A DNA stretch of 63,795 nucleotides, counting the filler, from Choristocarpus tenellus KU-1152 (taxonomy: Eukaryota; Protista; Phaeophyceae): assembly GCA_964200185.2 (NCBI GenBank). It is 11 parts of 11 records of this genome, joined end to end, with 100 filler letters (N's around TTAATTAATTAA, not from the genome) between each part and the next. Parts side by side here need not be neighbours in the genome. Positions count along the whole stretch, not along the records: positions 48,326 to 53,590 come from CAXNAD020011317.1; positions 53,691 to 57,602 come from CAXNAD020017196.1; positions 57,703 to 60,730 come from CAXNAD020022835.1; positions 60,831 to 63,795 come from CAXNAD020023313.1; 7 more parts are not named here. The stretch is one strand, 5' to 3'. The notes beneath the pieces were generated by a model. It saw nothing but the letters and a program-made list of their open reading frames with translations. It ran no database searches and was not told the origin of the DNA. Shown here piece by piece: positions 52,011-63,795 of this stretch. The position numbers and the translations under genes are program-made. Numbering within the stretch: the stretch's first letter is position 1; each line of letters opens with the position of its first letter.

Positions 52011-53590
52011 ATGTCGGAGAGGCGAGTCAAAATTGAGAAGGGGAGTAAGCGCCCGCGAGATCAGGAGTCAGAGGATGGACCAAACAAAGATGATTCTTCG
52101 AGAGAGGGGGGGGAGAAGAGTACAGGTGGAGGGGTCAAGGTGCACAAAGAGACTGAGATAGAGATAGCGAAGATGGTTACGCACAGTGAACTATTGGGAA
52201 AGGTGAGCAACTATTTTAGGAGCTTTTCTGACAATTCGAACTCCACGGTTGTCAAGACCTAGATCTCCTACCAAATCTCCACCGTGGTCAGTATCTTGAG
52301 ACCTGGGATACATGTATATTGCTCGGAGGGGGGGGGTATCGACCAGTTCCAAAAATTGAAATGGAGGTTACTTGGTTGATACTTGCATCGCCTCAAAGCT
52401 AGATATTGACACGTGGGGGTTTGCCGTAGGGTTACGTAAGTATTTGAAATTAGGGGTTGTGAGTCCCACTCTTCAAAATTTAGAGATTGTCAGGATCCCA
52501 GTGGCAGACCTTCAAGTCCGGTATGAAGGCACTTTTGTGTGTGCACTACTTCTTATCCATGGACCTTTTAACTTCCATCGTATGTTGTAGGACCGCGCGA
52601 CACAAATGTGACGAACTATATGTATCATGGAGCTTAAAGGTGGCTGTTGTCGCTCTGTCTGGTGTTTTGACATGATCCCCATTAAAAGAGGAGATTTTCC
52701 CGTAAGAATCAATATGATGATCTATGGTCGGGATGTATAGGGGTAGCTTGGAACATGTTTAGTCACTCTGTTTACAGGTATAAATTAGGGAAAGGGTGAT
52801 GTATCTTCCCTGTCCACATCTGTCTAAACCTGCGAGTTACAGAAGTAGTTTTGTGAAAATACGCGCGTTCAGACGGTAAGAGTTAGAGCTGGGATTGGTT
52901 TATGGTTAGGGTGAGATTATCCTCTATGTTGTCACAATTTTGACATTTATATGTTGAGGTTGAGGTTAGCAGTGTCAATTAGAATAGAAGATACACACTG
53001 CAACTTACGTTGAGTTCACAACGTCCTTGGTATATATTCTCCGCCCAAACTATAAACTTAACTGTTTCTGTCAACCCCTCAATGTCAGGCAGTCAGTAGT
53101 GATAACGTCTCCTTTCCTCACGTATTCAGTATCTTAGGGTTAGGGTGAAGTAAACAAGCGCACACCAATTTTCTAGTTTCTTGATGAAATTTCACATTAG
53201 TGTGCATTCAGCTGATCATAATCTCAACAATTGAATAAATTCCCTCTCTAACCCTAACCCTAACCCTAATCCTAATCCTAAGCGATACTGCTAGTTTCCC
53301 TTGCGAACATTTTCATAAAGAACAAAGAACAAACCCTAACCCTTAACCAAAATGCTGTCTTTGTAGGAGGTGCAAGTGCTTGAGGGGAATCTGCGGGTCC
53401 TCCGGGATGAGATAATTTCCCTGGAGGGAAGGATAAGCACAAAGAAGTTCCAGGAGTCAGACATGCAAGAAATGTTGGAGAGTGCCAGGAACCGCCTTGC
53501 CCTCTCTAAGAAACACATCAAGGCCGCAAAAGGGCGGTTCAACCCCACCCTTGTGGCGACATCACCTCCCCCACACCCTGCTGCTATCCC
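52011..53590 (+). CDS. Unknown multi-exon gene fragment with a coiled-coil exon
   Basis: Exon 52011-52202 (ATG ... AAG|GTGAGC) and exon 53367-53590 (TTGTAG|EVQVLEGNLRVLRDEIISLEGRISTKKFQESDMQEMLESARNRLALSKK, heptad-like). Two small in-phase exons near 52486-52520 and 52591-52639 are possible. Confidence 0.4.
53248..53281 (-). repeat. Interstitial (CCCTAA)n
   Basis: CTAACCCTAACCCTAACCCTAATCCTAATCCTAA. Confidence 0.75.
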
Positions 53591-53690
53591 NNNNNNNNNN
53601 NNNNNNNNNNNNNNNNNNNNNNNNNNNNNNNNNNTTAATTAATTAANNNNNNNNNNNNNNNNNNNNNNNNNNNNNNNNNNNNNNNNNNNN

Positions 53691-53762
53691 AAACCCCATA
53701 GGATGCCAAGCCCCAAATGGACAAACAGGGCAAAACTCGTACCCTCTAAGATACTTTCACTT
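53691..53762. mobile_element. MITE family B terminus at contig start
   Basis: GGACAAACAGGGCAAAACTCGTACCCTCTAAGATACTTTCAC is the reverse complement of the family B left end. Confidence 0.8.
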
Positions 53763-54224
53763 GTGAGCTGCTCGAACGATGGGGGGCCCTTGTCCTATGC
53801 ATTTAAATAAGCACCGGCTTTGACAGTTTCACGAGGTTTTTGGGCCCCCGTCAAATGTGACTTGGTTGACTTCGCAATGGTGATCCTCCACAGTCATGAC
53901 AGCCCACCATCTCAAACTTTGCATGCCTTCCAATCTATATGAGACATAAACGTCACCTAAACGGTTTAATGCATGGGTCGTTCCCAGACGAGAACAGAGC
54001 TTACCAAAATTACGTTTAATTCCGGAGAAAGTATCTACCAAAGTATTTCTTCGTTGACATGTGAATGTGTGGACATATACATACTATTACCACCTTGTCA
54101 AATATGTTGGTCATGCATGAAACATATCGCCATGACTATTACATCAGTACAGTCTAACTAAAATACCAATAAATTATCGCTCAGTCTGAATGTACTATTT
54201 ATTGTAACAATCATGCCATGGACT

Positions 54225-54479
54225 GAGTCAAACCAAATGAGAGGTAGACAGGATTGCATTTTATGGGGCCCCGAGAATGAGCAAAAAATATGTAATGATG
54301 TACAATTGCAGACAAGGTCTTGCTTGTTTGTGGTGTCATTTGTCTGTGGAAAGTGGGAGAATCAATTTTATGTACACTATTGCGCACAAAAAGAAATGAA
54401 ATAGTGTTGCACAGGATAAGAAAGATGGCTAAGAAAGCAAAAGGGTGCAAACCTGCCCACCTTTCAATTGTGTTGGCTC
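54225..54479. mobile_element. MITE family C, full length (255 bp)
   Basis: GAGTCAAACCAAATGAGAGGTAGACAGG ... CCTGCCCACCTTTCAATTGTGTTGGCTC, flanked by ACT/ACT. Confidence 0.8.
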
Positions 54480-54638
54480 ACTATAGCAAAGCATGGGGGC
54501 AGATCCAACAGAGGAATATTTGCACAGAAGAAGTCCTATTCTGCACAAACTGTTTGCAACGGAAAAATGACATGTGGGTGTACTAGATGGTGTACTAGAT
54601 GTTTGTTGTGAGTCTCTATACGGACTGTCAAACTGTGT

Positions 54639-54895
54639 GAGTCAAAGCATTTAGGAGGATAGGGACACGTCTGTTCAAGGCCATCAATCCGATGTTGCGA
54701 TTTTGATTAATTTTGGCTATCATGATTGTAGCAAGTGTTGATATCCTTGCTCCTGTCACACCGTTCCCAGTGGTAAACATTTTATGTAACTGTTTTCACA
54801 CAGAAAATCGAAAAAGGGCATAATAAACCAGCGGGAAGCCAAGCCCTGAACGGACAAGCAGGGCAAAACCCCTACCCTCTTAAGTGCTTTGACTC
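54639..54895. mobile_element. MITE family B', full length (257 bp)
   Basis: GAGTCAAAGCATTTAGGAGGATAG ... CTACCCTCTTAAGTGCTTTGACTC, flanked by TGT/TGT. Confidence 0.82.
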
Positions 54896-57474
54896 TGTGA
54901 AATGGATAACCAATTGCGTGTAGGACATGAAGGAGGAAATACTCAAGACAAACGAAGGCTCGCCCAGTCATGACAATGATCAGTTTTATTGGCAAACAAT
55001 TAGGAAGAAGGCAATCTGGTGGGAGCAGGTCTGCCGAAGCCTCTTCGAAGATTCCTGCCGCCTTACCTACAATCTCCTAATCTCCCTTGAAGTCTGGAGG
55101 GATAAAGCTGTATTTGCCCTTTATCGTGCACTGCACCAAGGTGCCGTCGGACATCCTCATGATTTATTCCATGTCGAGTTTCCTGTTCTTCTGGTATGGA
55201 AGGTAGTGTTATGGACGATAAATGTGAGCAATGCAGATGTTGTGCTAGGTTAGGTTCAATTTATGCACAGAATTAGTTTTCCTCAAGGAGAAATGTCTCT
55301 CACCTCCTTGTTGAAGGTGAATGTGACCCTGAGTCTCTGCTCCTCCTGTTGAGGGTCAGCACAGGTGGACAGACCACCCCCCCCTTTGAAGGTTCTAATA
55401 CAACTTTAGGGTACAAAATTCCCCCCAATCTCCTCAAAATGTGTGTTTTTGAAATCGTAGGAGTAACGTTTTCCCACCAACCCTCTCTCACAAGATTTCT
55501 TGGACTGCACTAGAAACAACACATTTGAAACTTGTTGAAATTGACATTTTGGAGTCATTTTGGAAACCGAAGGGTCTGATGTTCTTACAATACTATGATA
55601 GAGAACGTTTTGGAGGGATACTGGCTCTCATTTTCCTTGTGGTTTTCAAAGAACAGTTGCTTCCATTGTTTTCGAAATCTCAAGGACCTGGTGTTGTTGA
55701 TGTCCCTATTGCCAACGCTCTTCCGAATATCACAAGGTCTTGATATTCGAAATTTCCTTCAAGAGAAGATTTCAATTCATTTTGAAAGCCAAAGGTTTGG
55801 TGTTCTTGAAATCCTCTCATAGACAACATTTTTGAGGGGTTCTTGCTCTAGTTCGACCTCTGTTTCCAAAGAATGTGTGTTTGAAGTGATTTTCAGACGA
55901 AAAAGTCAAACAGGACCCAAGCGTTCAGGCATAACCAGATCCCAAAATATTATATTACTGTTGTGCCCTTTGGCATCTCGCAGATATGTCAAGGGGGGGA
56001 GGGAACCAAGACCAAACCGTATAAGGACGTATAAGTCTACAGTTAACTAGTAGGGTGGATGTATATGGGGATCTGGTTATTGCTGGATTGCTTGCGCCCT
56101 GTTTCAACGTTTCCTTTTCGGAAGCCCAAGAGCCTAATGATGCGGAGATTCCTCTTCCCAAAACTCCCTTCCAAATCTCGCTCTGCATACGGTACGACAT
56201 AGGACGCGTCATATACATACATTATTGGGACCAGTCAATAGCGGGTATTTCTGCTTGAGGGGGTGGTGTATACAGTTCATCCAACTTGGGCATGGTTATA
56301 CCTGGGGTTGACAACAGGCAAGCACAGTATGGCCGGGAAGAAGGAAGGGATCTGTAATCGAATCATGTTGGAGACGCAAATAACTGGAGTGGAGCATGCA
56401 TAGCATGAGTGAAGAGGAGAGCACACCGCCAACACCCTATCAGCAACAGTTATTCCTCCTTATGGAAGCAGAATACATGCCCCGCACGGTCAATCAAATC
56501 CCTTGTTCTCTGTTGTGCAGAAAGGAGGAGGAAAGTCATGGTTTATGCGGTGATGATGTGAGTGTGCGTGTCCTAGTTACCCTGATCATCTTCGTGCATG
56601 AGCACCGCCAACAGCTCCCGCCCCCCCCCCCAGTCGTCTCCCTGCGTTCATTGATCGACCTCATTGTCCTTCAAGCAGAGAATATAGTGTTCCTCTCCGC
56701 TGTTGCAAAATTCTTGGTGGATCCATGCTGTTCTTGTATGTCCTTGGTAGTAGTGGTCGTAGCATCGGTATTATTATTATTAGTAGTAGTTGTTGTAGAA
56801 GTACTGGGTGACCGTACTGTTGAAGGGGTGCACAATGTCAAACCACTTGCTGTTGGCTAAACAAGATAACAACAACAACAGTCACTCACCACGCAGCAAC
56901 AAGAAGAAAGAAGAAGAACAACAACATTTCCTAACTTAGATCGGCCTACTAAGCACATATGCCACAACATCCCGAAGGCATGTACACAGCTAACAACAAT
57001 ATGAGGTATCTTACATGAATGAGAAGAATGACATTGAATGTGTAGAAGGATCACCAATAATAATAATAATATATTGTTGATGATACATGGCAGGGGGGAG
57101 AGGAGAAGGTTCGACAGTTTTTTTTGTAGTACAGAGTTTGTGATACTGATCTCTCAACTACGACAATATGTTTTGTTGATTTTTCCCTATTATCCATAAC
57201 AAGGATGTTTCAATGCCAAAGTGTTTGAAAGGCAGCAGTAGTATGAAACAGTGCATGTAGCCCATGCAGGACGGCAGCACCTGAAGAAAAAGAGGATAAT
57301 GCGAGGGAAGTGTGAAAAGAAGTTTGTTATTATACCGACATTGCCGTATGCCATACTCCGTTATACCATTACAGTACCTACCCCGATTTTGTGCACCCAT
57401 GGGCATGCCCCCCAAAAAACGGCACAGAATTGATGTGGTACAATATCGGTTTTGTAGTAACTAGGGTTAGGATT

Positions 57475-57602
57475 AGCTGGGAATCAATCGTCAAACAACT
57501 AATTAATCGTGGTGAGCTGGGAAATCGATCGTCGAAGCGACTAATTAATCGTGGTTAGCTGGGAAATCAATCGTCGAAGCGAATAATTAATCGTGGTGAG
57601 CT
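57475..57602. repeat. 42-bp tandem minisatellite running into the contig end
   Basis: Unit AGCTGGGAAATCGATCGTCGAAGCGACTAATTAATCGTGGTT starting at 57475, 57515, 57557 and 57599. Confidence 0.9.
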
Positions 57603-57702
57603 NNNNNNNNNNNNNNNNNNNNNNNNNNNNNNNNNNNNNNNNNNNNTTAATTAATTAANNNNNNNNNNNNNNNNNNNNNNNNNNNNNNNNNNNNNNNNNN
57701 NN

Positions 57703-57809
57703 CTGACATTTCAAATCCGGCAAGTGCGACCAAATCACACCAAAAAAGTGAAAATCGAAAAACGGGTGAAAAACGGACGCCGACACTCCCCCCCCAGATA
57801 CTTTGACCC
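57703..57809. mobile_element. MITE terminus (family A2) at contig start
   Basis: Matches 4547-4640; ends CCCCCAGATACTTTGACCC. Confidence 0.7.
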
Positions 57810-60800
57810 TACACATATTTTCTTGTCTCTTTCCTAGTTGCAAGTGGAGGAGGATTTAAGGTAAACAAGACAAGTACATTTGCCTTGTACTATACACACA
57901 TCGGTCAAACCCATCATGCAATGGTCTGACACTCTCTATTATTAAAGGAGTACCTATTTTACAGGGGTTGTCGCTGAGTATTTGAGATCATTGTATCTCC
58001 CTTGAACTGCTTGTGCGTCTATAACACTCTGGGAGATTTTTCTGTGCTGATGCGGTCAAACTTTCGTCTTCTCTCTGCAGCCACAACCTTTTTTAGAGAT
58101 TTGCATTCGGGTATGTGAATGAAGTGTCAGGAGGCAGAAGGTTTAAGAAAAATTTATTACTGGGGCACTCAGAAGGGCCCAAACAGACCACTACTAATGT
58201 AGGACGGCTTGAATAATGTAGGAGTGTTTTGAGGAATTGCATCAGCATTATTTCCATGCACTACTTTGTACTATATTTGAAGTATTGTAGAAGAGCAGGC
58301 TCAATATTTACTTGAAGTGCCAATGTAGGTTATACCCTATAACGCATTATGATTCAATGCACCTATATGTCAACACATGACAGTTTCAGAGCAACCTTAC
58401 TGTGTCACAGATGTGGTGTCATGAATCCAGATGACGATAACATATACTTCCAAGCATGTATCATTTAAAAAATGAACAAGAGTCAAACTACAACAGCCTG
58501 CCAAATACCTTTCAGTGAATTCTCCATTCACATGATACTCAAATACCGTATATCATGAACGGTTTCCCTACAGAAGCAGTATAAGGAGCATTAATGAGAG
58601 CATGGTCCGCAAGCACAACATGCCTACATATTCTATGGAACTTGAAAAAACCCTTTAGGTTCTTGCTGTACAAGAACCAGTAGTGAAACATATTCATATA
58701 CTAGTGGTACAACAATATCACGGTACTTCAAAGAAACAGGAACGAAATCAAGGTGGTTACGAATCAAAAACGGACAAATTTCAGCGGGTTGCTGCCGCAA
58801 CAATGCCGTTCGGTGGTCGGCGGAATAGTCTTTGACAGAGCGAGAGGAATTGATGGTTGTACACTGAAGTTGCACTTTCGGTTATTGGTTCCCCCATGGT
58901 AATTATAGTGTTGTGTATCAAGTCCCACTGAACAAACTTGCTCAAGATTTTCAATGGTGCTTTGAAGAACTCAGTACTTGGATGTGTATATATGTGTACG
59001 AGATATTTTTTGTTGTATAGGTCTATAGTCGTAGCCCTTTTGTCCAGCTAAACTTCCTGTCTCATAGGCGTCTCCACCTTTGTCTTGGCGCATGTGCATG
59101 TGTGGGTGTTGAAGGAGGTGGGGCGGAAGTGTAGTGGTGGCGGTGGCAGACCAATAAAGTAATGCCCAGCTACCCGTCAGTAAATGGGCCATTGCTTGGG
59201 GAGCCGAGGGCGTTCATGTACGAGCAATATACAAGTCGCTCAAATATGTTGCAAAAAAAGAAATGTTTAATTCTGAGGATAGTGCCTCCTCGCCAAATCT
59301 GATACTTCCTACTGCAGTATATAGAAACCAATACAAAAGACCTCATACTACGTCCCTCCACATCCCCCCAAACCGATAATTGGGGACGCCTGAAGGAAAA
59401 ATAACTTTTTCATAAATATAAAATACTTGGAAAATTTTGTTATGGCTACAGCAGATGATGTTCCTTCACTACTAAAACCGGCAGACCAGGCAGTCAGTGA
59501 AGCGCCTCATGCATCCTTTTGTAGGAAGGGACATAAAGTCCGCATTTTGTACATCCTGAGTTTGAGAAAAAAATGCACGTATATGGAAGGGGATGTAGAA
59601 AGGTACAGGTGAAGTGGTGGCAAGGGTGACATGCAGTGTTGTGGTGTCAGCTTGGTGGGTATCCCTTTGCTAAACCACACTCTACGGTTGTCTTTTCAAC
59701 TAAAAGAAGCCTCTCTATCTCCTGGAATATTTTCCAATCAAACGGAGAGAGGAGGAGGGAGGATATTACAGGGTGCATTTTGCGTGCATGTCAACCAAAC
59801 GCACTTTGATAGTATATATTTACTTCTTGCTATTAAATGTGTTGGTTGTATGACAAATGCTGCAACTACGAGAACATTTGCTTTTTTGAAATATACACAA
59901 GTCGTGGTATCGTAGTAAGGGCCAATCAGTCCATGGTTGAAGTACAGACAAAGAAATATGCCTTCCTCCAGCCTGAGAGGAAGAAAACGAAAATAAAGTA
60001 CAGACAGAATATTGCATTAATGCCACGAACTCCAAGTTGTATACCTTGCACTTTCAGAGCTCGAGTAAGCAACAAATCAACTATAAAAATCCAATCAGTT
60101 CAGTATGAAACTGACTTTGAAGAGTTGTATTAGCAGCAACTGTACTGTGAGCGGTCAAAGCCAAATCTGGCACTAAATGGGTAACACATTCATAGGGAAC
60201 GATGATGGAACGTCTATGCTACAGATATTAATAAAACAGACACGGAGAGAGGGAGAGAGGAGGTACATACGACCTGCTTGAAAATAGTGAAAGGATGACC
60301 TTCAAGATAATCACTGCCCAGGTAACATGCACGCACCTTCCAATGGTAACCAACTTCACAATGGCCTGGACCATGGATCCTCCTCCTCCACGATATTGTC
60401 ACTATAAGCCGCCACCCTTCCGGCCATGTCCCACCCCCAAATCCTCACGCCTTGTACATTATACCTCTGGTCGCTTGCCAAGATCAATAGGTTATGACAT
60501 GGAGGAGTCAGATTACAGAGCAAGACATCCCATTGGATTATGTGAAATACACGATTGACTCTTCCATTGGCTTATGAAGTTTATTTTTGAGCCCCATCAG
60601 CCCCCCTGACACAGGCATCAACGCATTAAAAATGAACAAGTACTCCTTGACAACAACAATTGACACTATCTACCACTCCCCCTACCTCTTCCTCGCCCCC
60701 CCCTCCTCCCACCAGAGTCACCACCTGCCCNNNNNNNNNNNNNNNNNNNNNNNNNNNNNNNNNNNNNNNNNNNNTTAATTAATTAANNNNNNNNNNNNNN

Positions 60801-60830
60801 NNNNNNNNNNNNNNNNNNNNNNNNNNNNNN

Positions 60831-60887
60831 GTCAACCGTCTCTGTTCAGTTTTTTTCCTCTCCCCCCCCCCCCCAGATACTTTCACC
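60831..60887. mobile_element. MITE terminus (family A-like) at contig start
   Basis: Poly-C followed by AGATACTTTCACC. Confidence 0.55.
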
Positions 60888-63257
60888 TTCATATAATGCA
60901 AAAATTGTCTTTCTCTTGGAGACTCACATTCCTCTACGCCTGACTCCTAAAGATCGTGTTATCTGCCGAGGCTGCAGATGGAACTTGGAGGCCTATCTCT
61001 TGTAAATGAAAGCACGTGGGTGCCTGCCCACTGGCGCAAATTGTCCAACATACATTATGTACACTAACTACATGCTACAGCACAAATCCCTCTCCGTGTA
61101 GACCAGAAGAGATCTGATCACCCAGGTATTGGTCGATGAACCTGTCTCTTCATCGACTTGATTCCTTAAAACACTGGGACAAGCAGCACCTGTCTTTTCT
61201 GATTGTGTTTGGAAGGAGAATGTCTACTCCCAAGCCTTTGTGCGCTAGATGATCCTTGTCTGTTCACACATCCAAAGAGCGGGGTAAGAAGCTGGACTGA
61301 AAGATCATAGAGGTGCAATATATAAATACGTGGGAATATGCGCCAATGGCCAAAACTTCTGTGATCTGAGTACAGGGATAATAAACAATGTATATATACG
61401 TATGTTTTACCTACGAATTTCATTATCTAGCTGGGATGAGGGATGGAAAATTACTTGGAAGGAGGGAATGAGGTTATTTAATTAAGGGATGGGGAAGAGA
61501 GATATACCGCAAAACCTGCCAACATTTAAATAAAGATCCAAAAAAATGTAGAAAATCGTTTTTTTTTGTCTGGAATCACCAAATAACGTCATTAATCGTC
61601 AAACATCTCATGCAACACAGGAGACCGTGTCCCTTCTAGTTGTAATCATACGACCATAAGGAGAATGGTAGACCTTATCGTCAATACCACATCATTCAAC
61701 ACCACCAACAAAAAAAACGAAAACTGTAACCTTATCTGGGCCTGGACAACAACCTACTATGTACAACATTGAACAACTGACACATGAATATCATGAACCA
61801 TGAGCTACAGCACCAGCACCCACCCGCATCCACGAACGACATAATAGTGCAAAACTAAACTGGGCCTATCCGTGAAGGAATAGTAACGTTGAGGATATGA
61901 ACAACAACCGACAGGGCCTACACCAACATGACAAAAAAGGGTTTGCCTGCCAAAATCTCGAGCAACTCGGATCTGCGCGCCTCTATCTGTAACTTGCGGC
62001 TAGAGGTGTAAGTAAAAACGTAATAAATCCAAAGAAGAGGAATCTTAAGAGATTGGACAAAGCACGTATTGTCCTCCATAAGAACCATCATATTTATTTA
62101 TAGAGAAAAAGCATCGAGAAGACAAATTTTCAACAATGCATATGTAAATCCATGCTCCTCGCAGTAATCTTCAAAACAGGTCCACATACAGACACACTGA
62201 GACAACAAGCTGGCAACCTCGCACATAACCCTTGCATATTCTCTCGAATGTACTCTTCCCCATACCACCTAACTCACGTTATCATAACGACCTTCATTGG
62301 TGGAAAGATGAGAACACCCACAGCTATTAACTATCAACAAAAATATACCCAAAGGGAGGTCATACATATTGCTGGGGCACACCTACACAGCTAAACAGGG
62401 GTAACCGAGAAATTCATCACAAAAAAAAGTAGCATACTTTGTGAGGTAAACAAGTAGTTGAGAAAGCAGGGGATAAAAGTCACCACACAAAAAAGAGAAA
62501 CAGTGCAAGCTTGTACCTAGTTTCTACACCATTGCTGCTCGGTATAGCCGCTTTGAGCTCTTTCATGCAAATGGGATGACCACCCCGGGGCAAGCCACAC
62601 GTCCAATGGAGGAACCTTGCGCAGATCCCAGCACATCAATGACACATTCGATCGTGTTCATCTCAGCTAGCAGAAAGGTAGGAGAAGAACATGCTTGCTC
62701 TATCCTGAGGAGAGATCAGGATGAAGGAGTCCTCCCATGCCGCTAGTAAGGGTTGGGGAGACGTGCAAGGGTTGTACGTCCTCCTGATCAGCACGCAGTA
62801 GGAGGGCCCAAGGATTTCTTCGTTAGCTCAACCCTCACATCTCGTACCTTCTTCTGGGTGGAGGGGTAGGGAGGAGACTGCAAAATATGGGGGGGTCAAT
62901 TACTAGTGCAGTGATACGCTACAAGGATCGAGACCTACAGGTGCTCTGCGCAAACGCAACTCAAGACACGATACCTTAAATCACTAGGCAAAATGACTTC
63001 TGGGACGTATCTGATCAAAAACTCAATACTCGACAAGGCCTGCCAACATCATCTCCTCAGACCTGTCACGTTCAGTCGGACTCCCCGAAAACGCTATGCC
63101 AAGTGCCGACCTGCCTAGCCCGCTTCATGATGTGCTCACTTAGGGCCATACAGGTCTTATGCACCAATCTATTCAGCATCTTGCAGTCCAGGGTGAGGAC
63201 TCCTCATATTGGAGACGATACAACATCGGAGTCACTTACCAGAACACCTAGGAAAAG

Positions 63258-63695
63258 AACTATTCCCCTGATATTTATTTGAAGGAACACGTGAGGAGAG
63301 AAGGTTTGTCTGTTATTCGTACACAACTTCAAACAAAAAACGTACCAGGTACAATTACCGTACACAAAAACAAATACCAATCAAACACTGTAAATACTAA
63401 GTTGAACCGTCAGAATAAATATGAACAAAAAATATATATATGAACAAACTTATTCACCCTTACCCCACCTCTCAAAACTTTTTCTCACCCGCTAGAAATA
63501 ACTATTCACCCAGTATTAATTTGAAGGAACACAACGTTAAAAAAAACTCCAAGAACGTACTTTTATATTACCACACAGAAAAACAGGTGCCAATCAGCGT
63601 AATAACTAAGTTGAACTGTCAGAATAAATGTGAACAAGCTTGTTCACCCTTACCCACCTCTCAAAACTTCTTCTCACTCAGAAAGTAGATATTAT
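63258..63695. repeat. Imperfect ~200-240-bp tandem duplication
   Basis: AACTATTC..TTTGAAGGAACAC..ACTAAGTTGAAC.GTCAGAATAAAT.TGAACAA..TTCACCCTTACCC..CTCTCAAAACTT occurs twice (from ~63258 and ~63500). Confidence 0.8.
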
Positions 63696-63795
63696 TCGAA
63701 AAAGGTTTTTCCTCTTTCTGGAGATCTAACAGCCGATTTCAAAAATTGAGGATGGAGCTTTACATTGAGGATGGGCTTGACCCAAAATTGACTGG

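Noticed and set aside
57475-57602. CRISPR-like array
   Set aside because: The units are contiguous with no unique spacers, there are no cas genes, and the context is eukaryotic.
58560-63250. Scattered exon-like segments on the minus strand of the last two contigs
   Set aside because: They could not be joined into stop-free, recognisable proteins; possibly decayed genes, but not supportable.

Overview
This is not one locus. It is 11 eukaryotic contigs joined by artificial N44-TTAATTAATTAA-N44 linkers, so no synteny can be read across linkers. GT-AG introns, TTAGGG tracts, an ASAFAP-type plastid presequence and an RTE-type LINE point to a photosynthetic stramenopile, probably a brown alga (inference). 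Hand-splicing recovers four recognisable genes: (1) a 15-exon Agd3/CE18-like carbohydrate deacetylase on the minus strand (28313-37353), with the expected catalytic motifs, a Cys-rich insert and one anomalous TT splice donor; this is the most interesting item; (2) nine 3' exons of ADA2 (37549-45529); (3) a THEM4/PaaI hotdog thioesterase; (4) a predicted plastid-targeted protein with five helix-extension-helix repeats. Two further unidentified multi-exon fragments are present. Much of the remainder is mobile DNA: a clan of MITEs with shared GRG..AAA termini (several 255-257 bp), two solo LTRs (one nested in a MITE), a decayed RTE LINE, a decayed IS630/Tc1-like transposase, a fold-back element, and micro- and minisatellites. 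All family assignments come from motif recognition by eye; no database search was run.
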